In this document: positions 37,201 to 44,321 of the stretch, piece by piece
How positions within the stretch are numbered: position 1 is the stretch's first letter
Layout: every line of letters begins with the position of its first letter
From: a virus
Direction: 5' to 3' (one strand)
Length of the DNA stretch: 64,000 nucleotides
Virus record (IMG/VR): IMGVR_UViG_3300025676_000013
Notes under the pieces: model-generated
Seen by the model: only the letters and a program-made list of their open reading frames with translations
Told to the model about the DNA's origin: nothing
Databases searched by the model: none
Translations under genes and position numbers: made by a program

Positions 37201-40200
37201 AGTATAACTTTCAGCGTGAACCGTATCACTCTGAACAACAACAATTGGTGTTCCAGGATTCGCTTGAGCCATCGCAACTTGACTCGGAGTTAATATAGCC
37301 TCGTGACTATGATTTGCTCCATTGATTGCATTAGGAGTTATTGTGAAGTGTGCAGAAAGTCCATCAGGATTTTCTTCTAGTGAAAAGAGATGACCAGTAG
37401 TACCAGCCCAACTCGTACTCCAATCTCCGAATATGTATTTGCCTTGAAGTCCAGTTAAGTCACTTCCCCTATAGATGAATCCACCTAAGATAGAAATACC
37501 AGTTCCGTGACTGTACTCGTGAATAGGTGATTTTAAATCAAGAAGAAATGCTTGAGTATTTGCATAGCCTTGGTCTAATGCCATTTGGTCAATAGTTGCT
37601 TGGTCTTCTTCAAAGTAATGATATGCTTCCATTACTCTCCAACCATAGTTGCCGCCCTTTTCGATAATGTTTACTTCTTCAAATTTATTTTGTCCAACAT
37701 CAGCCGCCCATAGTTTACCATCTGGAGCAAAAGAGAATCTCCAAGGATTTCTTAATCCGTATGCCCATATCTCTTCTCTAAACATTGCACCCGCAGTACC
37801 GTGTGGTTTTGCATTTACACCAGTGAAGGGGTTATCGGAAGGTATGGAATAAGGTTTATTATTAACTGTGTCTGGTGCGACATCAATTCTAAGAATTGTG
37901 CCCAATATGTTAGTAGGGTTCTGTGCATTACCATATACTCCGTGTCCGCCGTGACCGCTAGAACTCGAAGTATCTCCCGCATTTCCGCCGTCACCGAATC
38001 CGATATAGAGATAACCATCTGGGCCAAATACTAATTGACCACCGTTATGATTCATATCAGGTTGTGGCTGTGTGATTAAAATTCGTTCAGTAGTAATATC
38101 AACTGTCTCTGCCGCAACGTCAGCCGTGAACTCAGCAATGATTGAAGTTGAAAGAGGATATCCGTATGAGCCAGTAGATGGACCTTGCTCTGTCATATAA
38201 TAGACATACAAGAGTCCGTTTGTTGCGTAATCTGGATGGAATGCAAGTCCTAGAGCGCCACGTTCATCATATGCACCGAATGGCCCGACTCCGATAGTCA
38301 GATTAAGAGAAGTGTAGTCGAAAAATAATGATTTGACACCAGACGTAGTATCCATCAAGTGAATGATTCCAGATTGGTCTACAATACAGATTTTATCTGG
38401 GTCCATCGGATACGCTACAATAGTCGCAATGTCTGTGCCTGTACCCATCTTAACATCCCCTAGTAAATCTCCAGTATCACCAGAGCCAGGAACTTGTTGA
38501 ATATAGTTAGATGAATATAATTCTACCCAGTCTACATTAGGTACTAGCGTAGCAGGGAAAGTCTGTGCGTGTTGGAATGTAAATGATGCTTCACCAATTG
38601 CAGTAGCAACCGTGGCATCATCAAGTTCATTGAATACATTCTGTCCGAGATTCATTGTGTTACCAGAATAATCAACACCGTCAATTAAACTAGGGTCAAC
38701 CACAAGTTCTGGTTTATAGTTATAACATATCCACGTAGTAACTGGCGTATATCTAAATCCGTGCGTACAAGGATTACCCATAAAGTCAGTATTCATTTCC
38801 CAGTCTGATTCGTATGTGACTAGGTACTCGTGATAATGTGCAGAGGTAATTCCATTTGAATCGGCTACCGTACCGCCTTGGAAGACGCCATTTTCATCTG
38901 TCTCAGGGACCCCGTTGGTAGTTATTCCGATACTATCGTAAAGAGTTACGTCTGTGATATCTCCGTCAATTAATTTTCTTGCATCGGCTCTTGATAGAGG
39001 GTCAGATACACGACCACGTTGTCTGTCTACAATTTGACCATCTACAAATCTATGAACGTGACCCGTTGCTTCAGGCAAGAATGCAGTCGTATGAACATCT
39101 GCAAGGAATTCTGGAATTTCAAAAGCATCAGAATTCATTAATGCTCTTGCTTGAGAATAACTTAGTCCGTGAGCCGTTGCTTCTTTTCCGTGAACCATTA
39201 AATTAGGTATTGCACTTCCATCAAAACTATGAACGTGAAACGCTGCCGCTCCAACACTCATCAATGGAAGTTCAAGTCCTTTAGTAAGACTTGTAGATAC
39301 TAGTGGTGCGAAACCATTCTTTCTTCCGTGGGAATGGATTACATTAGGGTTATCAAACGCCTGTATCTGAACCGCATCAATAACGTCATTTGTATTCCCG
39401 TATACTTTTTTAACTAGTGTGTCTTCTCGACCACTCTCGAATGCGCCGTAACTCTTTTCAGGAGCGTATTCGGCTTCTTGCATAAACGATTCAACCCATT
39501 CAACAACTCTAGAAAGATGTTTGAATACGGACAATTCATAAACGTCACAAGAAATCATTCTACCGTCTGTGGTATTCTCTAGATTATCCTCAATGCCTAA
39601 TTCAGTAACAGAAGGTGGGAACTCTTCAATAGGTAGAACTCGGAGAAGATTAGTAAATTCAAATACAACCTTCTCAGGCCAAGCATTAATCTGGTTCTTG
39701 ATTTCATCACGGAGAATATTAATTTGATAGAGTTTCTCTGTAAGTTTGGTACCAATAGTCTTGATTTCATTTTTATCAGTTACTATATCAACCCCTACGT
39801 GTTCACCAGGAGCACCCCAATTATCAGGAGTTACTAAGGCAGCCCTTGAATCGAGATTACCCATCATTTCAATGATATATTCGTCAAAGCCTTTCTCAAT
39901 GAAGACTCCAAATCCAGTATGAGCCCTTCCGACTGAACCGTGTTGTTCGCTCTCTTGGTCCCAGATATCAACCGCGACATCAAGATAAGAGAATATCGCA
40001 ATAATCATCTTGACGTAATCGGTAGGTAATTCGATTACCAAATCAACTGTAGACCTAAACGAGAACTCAGCAAATAATTTCAGTCCAACAGGGTGAACTA
40101 GTTTTTTAAGAACTTCTCTATACGACTGAATAGGTACATCACTTCGGATAACATAAGAGAAATCTTGGTAGTAGTCATTATCTTGGAGTTTTCTGTCAGA

Positions 40201-41562
40201 AGACAGGAAGCCGCCAGAGTCAAGCCAGTAACCATTTGTTTTCCAAACGGCCGTCTTGACATTAGGTTGAGTCTCGATATTAACAAGAGCATCACACTCT
40301 TCTCGTGTCAAAGGAGGACTACTTACATTTAATAGTATATTGTGTTCTACGTCTTGAAGGGTCTTAGTAATATCGACTACTGGGTACCACGAAAGAAACG
40401 CACTCTCTCCGAAATAGGGGCTCGCCTTGTCTAACCCATCCGGGTGCAACGCCGCCACACAATCAACCTCAGTAGTAAACGTATGAAGAACTGGCCAATC
40501 CGTAGAGATACTACAGAATGATTGGCTCGGGTTTTCCCAATAGTTGTTCGCCGCCACGTTAAATAATTTCTCACCTAACTCAAACTCACCAGTTACTTCT
40601 AATAGGTTAAGTTTTGTCCAGTCAGTATCAGTACCATCAATGGTTGCTGTAGCACCAGAGGTTAATCCTTTTATTAGTGAACCACCCTCTCTGTGTACCC
40701 CTGCCGCGTGTAGGTAATGAACTTCATTTGGATGTCCACTAATATTAATCCATTTATCTGTCCATTTGTGCCCATTGACAATACATTCACCCTCTGTCCG
40801 AATACCGTCAGAGATGATTAGTGCTTTATAGGGTATAGTGCCAGATGTACCAACGTCTTCCCAGATTTCTTCGTCTTTAATGAATACGCCATTTACTTCG
40901 GTTAATAGGAGTCGCTCGTAGTCTGTAGTAGAGACTGATTCGTCCATATCCACGAAAGCCGTTGCGCCGCTAATTTGGCCACGGATTTTTTTGTTGTAGA
41001 TAGACCGTACCGTCTCGGCCACGTGTGAGTTATTCGTGTTGCCGAAATAGGGCGATGCAGAATCTAGTGTGGCTTGGTCAGTTAGTACCGTAATCCATTG
41101 TGGCTCATACCATACACTGCCAGACGCCTTCATCATCCATTGCTTTGGATACATCGTATCAACGTCTGTATTAAAGTCTCGTCTGAATAGAAACTCTAGG
41201 GCAGAAGTAGTACCTTTCTGTCTATAGACAGGTTGGATATTCTTAGCAAGGAAGGACTTGTCAGTAGTCTCTACTGTTGGGTCTATTGAGGTGTGTGGTG
41301 TACCGTGGAGATACTTAGCCTCGAATTCTGGTATGAAATTATCTAGTGCGTGGTCAACATCAATGTTCTGAATCAAATCAGTTATTTGATTGTACTCGCC
41401 TAGTTCCCCATTAACACCAGTCTCTCGTTCCAAGTATTCAAAATACTTGCGAAGGAAAGTGATGAACATAGGATGGTCTTCCCGTACATAGTCGGGCACC
41501 ATTCTCTCAACAAAGACCGATAGGAACTTAGCAGGAGATTTAGTAAATTTATCGTTAGCCAT
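34291..41562 (-). CDS. gp7: Baseplate wedge initiator (gp7-like) with a very long C-terminal extension carrying HxH modules and a glucose/sorbosone dehydrogenase-type beta-propeller
   Basis: VPDYVREDHPMFITFLRKYFEYLE, YRQKGT, GYWLDSGGFLSSDRKLQDNDYYQDFSYVIRS..LKKLVHPVGLK; between gp6 and gp8. Confidence 0.78.
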   Translation of the reverse strand: MANDKFTKSPAKFLSVFVERMVPDYVREDHPMFITFLRKYFEYLERETGVNGELGEYNQITDLIQNIDVDHALDNFIPEFEAKYLHGTPHTSIDPTVETTDKSFLAKNIQPVYRQKGTTSALEFLFRRDFNTDVDTMYPKQWMMKASGSVWYEPQWITVLTDQATLDSASPYFGNTNNSHVAETVRSIYNKKIRGQISGATAFVDMDESVSTTDYERLLLTEVNGVFIKDEEIWEDVGTSGTIPYKALIISDGIRTEGECIVNGHKWTDKWINISGHPNEVHYLHAAGVHREGGSLIKGLTSGATATIDGTDTDWTKLNLLEVTGEFELGEKLFNVAANNYWENPSQSFCSISTDWPVLHTFTTEVDCVAALHPDGLDKASPYFGESAFLSWYPVVDITKTLQDVEHNILLNVSSPPLTREECDALVNIETQPNVKTAVWKTNGYWLDSGGFLSSDRKLQDNDYYQDFSYVIRSDVPIQSYREVLKKLVHPVGLKLFAEFSFRSTVDLVIELPTDYVKMIIAIFSYLDVAVDIWDQESEQHGSVGRAHTGFGVFIEKGFDEYIIEMMGNLDSRAALVTPDNWGAPGEHVGVDIVTDKNEIKTIGTKLTEKLYQINILRDEIKNQINAWPEKVVFEFTNLLRVLPIEEFPPSVTELGIEDNLENTTDGRMISCDVYELSVFKHLSRVVEWVESFMQEAEYAPEKSYGAFESGREDTLVKKVYGNTNDVIDAVQIQAFDNPNVIHSHGRKNGFAPLVSTSLTKGLELPLMSVGAAAFHVHSFDGSAIPNLMVHGKEATAHGLSYSQARALMNSDAFEIPEFLADVHTTAFLPEATGHVHRFVDGQIVDRQRGRVSDPLSRADARKLIDGDITDVTLYDSIGITTNGVPETDENGVFQGGTVADSNGITSAHYHEYLVTYESDWEMNTDFMGNPCTHGFRYTPVTTWICYNYKPELVVDPSLIDGVDYSGNTMNLGQNVFNELDDATVATAIGEASFTFQHAQTFPATLVPNVDWVELYSSNYIQQVPGSGDTGDLLGDVKMGTGTDIATIVAYPMDPDKICIVDQSGIIHLMDTTSGVKSLFFDYTSLNLTIGVGPFGAYDERGALGLAFHPDYATNGLLYVYYMTEQGPSTGSYGYPLSTSIIAEFTADVAAETVDITTERILITQPQPDMNHNGGQLVFGPDGYLYIGFGDGGNAGDTSSSSGHGGHGVYGNAQNPTNILGTILRIDVAPDTVNNKPYSIPSDNPFTGVNAKPHGTAGAMFREEIWAYGLRNPWRFSFAPDGKLWAADVGQNKFEEVNIIEKGGNYGWRVMEAYHYFEEDQATIDQMALDQGYANTQAFLLDLKSPIHEYSHGTGISILGGFIYRGSDLTGLQGKYIFGDWSTSWAGTTGHLFSLEENPDGLSAHFTITPNAINGANHSHEAILTPSQVAMAQANPGTPIVVVQSDTVHAESYTHTFSIIWNAAFNTWNLIAQTNMENHDVFTFIEYNGDVGYTRKNLSFWDPATSVLNLTTHDQSILTLGEDTNGELYMATRIGIDSYQGTGPQNCDIYKLTDTYDSSTETGASSQIPASETAHVHGYKVVYDINTELFSATEISDIEMTDWDAFFPIWTYNTPVSHLHPVITSWTGIVDENILLGSSAGWHLNPLTLVWEPYDTGSDTPYLAVDDDDDDGTFYIETAPVVEILGANEYGENAHIHYFNSETLDTFGANDGRTAVPITRIQAEELANGVVNAFYVYSSIEDSGQHQHYHVYKIMWNLSTQQFVADEMAEMWDENGTGEWEAVDTHLRTHEHTLLVNGITTHLGWNGTPLYTAPDVTLSNAHDWHKLEGSEPDHLHAFNGTTLDTLGTHTGRQALPLDDNQATDLINGEVTEVKTYTSISGGDHYHGITITYDPNTLSFVALDTEKWESSDGHQFYSADPRSHAHPTNISNLFSRPGYNEMMEILPTFASPGYPYPGGSHPHFHNDTVVGPFAEGALTGQISYAHGMTIDQGMQLIDGVVDSVTIYDSIEGAHFHEYRIKWDTNYNIFYADWSVTWIKGGIEDSLQDPTKYYVSVVENAAEGLHWHNLTIDWNPNLVAIPQQTGGSIYITKTTSTDEVLSAAPSVVVTQASTELLPVTTTYPDTPATGDTTIIVTYSDLITTTTTSTVQITTTTTDIIYYSDYGTETSVGDPVITSEVTTSQTTSEVEDLTERKTYVNNVLQANNPPIVQMQPSFIAGIGSHDHLLYDGCSLDSAGVNVGRTCEPITLAQANDLINAQNANYGIIFFDSPNGASSHYHGYTIKFNPNMGAKGTFVVAGISQWDIIPGTSTYVHKFSLTGGFHDHDYWISVADYTSLIGGTYVTTPQRDSTHAAVYTHELVLEWNGSTYNIISQTSDYDNHDTISYLGSVPIGGQWSQNTQGSGAGDHVHSTTVDDSNVWPVPA

Positions 41563-41580
41563 TTGTTACTGTATCTCCGT

Positions 41581-43341
41581 TCAATTGATACTCTGCATCG
41601 TTACACTACTAGTATTTAGTACGAGTAGATTACTTCGGATTGCCGTAATATCATTTGATTGCGGAGTAGCGTACAAACTTATTACTGAATTAGTGTCTAA
41701 CACGGGTCTAAATCCAATTAACTCTATGATTCCATTGGTATAGTCGATGGTACCTTGCTCTGTATTGAGGAATTGCTCATTAACAATGTCGTATAATAGA
41801 ATATTGCCTTGGCCATCGTCTAATAGAGCATACTGGGACCCCGTATCTGTATTACCGAATACACTTGACACGGCAGTACCAGGTGTGATAGCATTATCAT
41901 ACTTAAAGATATAGTTACCAACGGTATTGGATGCTTGAATAAAAAACTTCTTATAAAACTTGACAGACGTTAAATTATTTGATATACTTTCATCAGCAAT
42001 GTCAATAGTATTACCAAGGCGGGAATACCTCATTGTCACTTTAAATGCAGATATCTCTTCCTCAAAGAAGGCCTGAATGTCTGCTATTACTTTACTCTGT
42101 ATCTCACCAGCACTCAAACTGGTTAAGACAGGGTTATACTTGACTGTGCTAATAACATCAATGTAGGTGTACTCTGGTGCTGTTATAATAGGGTTTATGG
42201 CTAACATATTGTATTTACTCAATATATCAGTCGTTAATTTTTGTTTGGTCAATGGTGACAACTCTAGGCCGTGCTTAGGCTTGATACAAATGAATACTGC
42301 ACCATACTGAGGAGGGTCATTATCTTCACCACCCCATACGGCTATTGAATCAATATTAGGATACTTCTCTATTAATATATTCTTATAGTCCTCTGCGGTC
42401 ACTGCCCTATCTTGTCTCTCATAGGCTCTTGGTGCTGTAAGTTTAATGTTTTCAGTGGTCTCTGCACTCGCACCTAGAGAAGAGATGTCCACAGTGTCCA
42501 CCGTCACGTGGGAGTCGGTGTAGACGTTGGCTATAGTCGATTCAAGTGCGAACACTTGCTCATTAATAGTAGAGGTATAGTTACCTGGAGCACCCACCGT
42601 AGATAGGTAAGTTACTTTAACTGATTGACCATCAAGAGGTATTTTGCCAAAGATGCCATTGCCGAAGTATATCTCACTAACTCCATCAAGGCCTTCCTGA
42701 ACAAAGAATGAATTACTCGTAGGGGTCAATTCGCTTAATACTTTGTTGACTTCCCAAGGCTTGTCATTAACAAGCATAGTAATAGTAGAGCGGTCACAGG
42801 TAGCATCATTAATAAAGAAGGACTGGGCTTCCGCAGTAGCGTCATATGTCCATTCAAGGCCTTTTAATGTCCCTTGATGCAACTTAATTTCGCCAGCGAA
42901 CTCTCCACCCTCGTCTGCAAACACATTAACAGTAGATAAATTGGTAAATGGAAGAGGTACACCAGTAATATTAGATACAAATTGAGTACCTTTCTCTACA
43001 ATAATGTAACTTGGGTCATATCCAGTCGTATCAAACTCTAGTTTAACAATAGATTCAGCGGCTGTAACGCTCTTAGGTATATATCCAATGCTCTTAGCGT
43101 GACTCACAACACTATTTCGGAGCGTTGCGGTATCTAAAAATGCCTCATTGACTGCCATATTCGTATGGAAACCCATATAGTGTGTAGTGTATGCCATTAC
43201 ATCCAGCATTACACTCATACCAGAGCCGTCAAAGTCATAGTCCAAGAACTCAGTCTGACCCTTCATAAAGGTCTTGATGTTCTTCTTAATGCCATCGAAC
43301 TCTAGGTCCGATAAGTTTAATGCTTTCTTATTCTGTGCCAT
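41581..43341 (-). CDS. gp6: Baseplate wedge subunit
   Basis: LEFDGIKKNI, DYDFDGSGMSVMLDVMAYTTHY, FLDTATLRNSVVSHAK, RAVTAEDY, WGGEDNDPPQYG. Confidence 0.96.
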   Translation of the reverse strand: MAQNKKALNLSDLEFDGIKKNIKTFMKGQTEFLDYDFDGSGMSVMLDVMAYTTHYMGFHTNMAVNEAFLDTATLRNSVVSHAKSIGYIPKSVTAAESIVKLEFDTTGYDPSYIIVEKGTQFVSNITGVPLPFTNLSTVNVFADEGGEFAGEIKLHQGTLKGLEWTYDATAEAQSFFINDATCDRSTITMLVNDKPWEVNKVLSELTPTSNSFFVQEGLDGVSEIYFGNGIFGKIPLDGQSVKVTYLSTVGAPGNYTSTINEQVFALESTIANVYTDSHVTVDTVDISSLGASAETTENIKLTAPRAYERQDRAVTAEDYKNILIEKYPNIDSIAVWGGEDNDPPQYGAVFICIKPKHGLELSPLTKQKLTTDILSKYNMLAINPIITAPEYTYIDVISTVKYNPVLTSLSAGEIQSKVIADIQAFFEEEISAFKVTMRYSRLGNTIDIADESISNNLTSVKFYKKFFIQASNTVGNYIFKYDNAITPGTAVSSVFGNTDTGSQYALLDDGQGNILLYDIVNEQFLNTEQGTIDYTNGIIELIGFRPVLDTNSVISLYATPQSNDITAIRSNLLVLNTSSVTMQSIN

Positions 43342-43347
43342 CTCTTA

Positions 43348-43755
43348 CTACCTCAATCTATTTAAGAAGAAATCTAATTGTACTGGGGACCCTTCGTTGA
43401 CTGGCGTATATGCTATAGTAACATCATAGCCATTCCTATCTTCATCAGCATTAACCTCAACTCCAATCAACTCTACACGTGGTTCAAATGTGTTAATGGC
43501 CTGCTTGATTGCGGCAGTCAGTATAACTCGTGTCTCTGTAATCATTGGTTCAAAGAGCGAATGGTAGATAGTAGAGCCGAACTCACTCTGGAATACCCTC
43601 TCACCTCTCTGAGTCTTAATAATATGTATGATGGACCCATTAATCGCATCAACGTCCGAACGACCAACGATATCATTGGTCAATGGATGTACCAACATAT
43701 CAAGGTCTAAGTCTCTGAACTTGCGTACTCTCGTTGTTCTAATGGGTTCTGGCAT
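43348..43755 (-). CDS. gp25: Baseplate wedge subunit / sheath initiator
   Basis: FRDLDL...GERVFQSEFGS..LFEP...FEPRV. Confidence 0.93.
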   Translation of the reverse strand: MPEPIRTTRVRKFRDLDLDMLVHPLTNDIVGRSDVDAINGSIIHIIKTQRGERVFQSEFGSTIYHSLFEPMITETRVILTAAIKQAINTFEPRVELIGVEVNADEDRNGYDVTIAYTPVNEGSPVQLDFFLNRLR

Positions 43756-43782
43756 AACGCTTGAATTCCTCTGTATATACTA

Positions 43783-43790
43783 TATTTATA
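43783..43790 (-). promoter_or_regulatory. Late promoter TATAAATA
   Basis: tatttata on +, upstream of gp25. Confidence 0.75.
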
Positions 43791-43811
43791 CTGCGTGTCG
43801 AATAGGTTCGT

Positions 43812-44102
43812 CTAACCATTTGTAATGACATCTCCACTACCTGTTTGGTTACTCGAACCACAGTCAATCGCATCACCTATCCTTGCTAATGGCTTGGAGT
43901 TCACGAGGACGTTAGGACTACCTGATGCCTGGGCTGCTCCGTGTGGTACACAAACAGGACAACCGTGAGTCTGCCAAGGGTCTCCTACACGATGGGCACC
44001 AAGGCTATTCACGAAAACATTGCCTGATGCTCCTGCATTCTCTCTAGGTGGATAACACCCGTGACCTGTGCAGATATCGGTTAATCGAACTGTACCTGGC
44101 AT
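43812..44102 (-). CDS. PAAR-domain spike tip (gp5.4-like)
   Basis: RLTDICTGHGCYPP, VFVNSLGAHRVGD, HGCPVCVPH, VNSKPLARIGD. Confidence 0.92.
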   Translation of the reverse strand: MPGTVRLTDICTGHGCYPPRENAGASGNVFVNSLGAHRVGDPWQTHGCPVCVPHGAAQASGSPNVLVNSKPLARIGDAIDCGSSNQTGSGDVITNG

Positions 44103-44320
44103 TAGGGTCTAAACCTCTTGAATTTGAGGGTATCTCTCACGCTATTCACAAAATTTCTCTTCGCTGTACCAATAAAACTTTTTTTTATTTCCGTGTTTTT
44201 AGCGTTTTCGGTGGTATTTGCGAAAAAAGTGGGGTTTTCAGGCTCTTTTGACCGAAAGATAGAGTCGTAATTGTCTCTATAGGCATCATTCACGGGCTTT
44301 TGAGTCTCGTTAATAGTCAT
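44102..44320 (-). CDS. Small hypothetical protein (72 aa; start re-assigned to MTINETQK)
   Basis: Track start overlaps the upstream gene by 116 nt; internal ATG directly follows its stop; AYRDNYDSIF motif. Confidence 0.5.
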   Translation of the reverse strand: MTINETQKPVNDAYRDNYDSIFRSKEPENPTFFANTTENAKNTEIKKSFIGTAKRNFVNSVRDTLKFKRFRP

Positions 44321-44321
44321 A

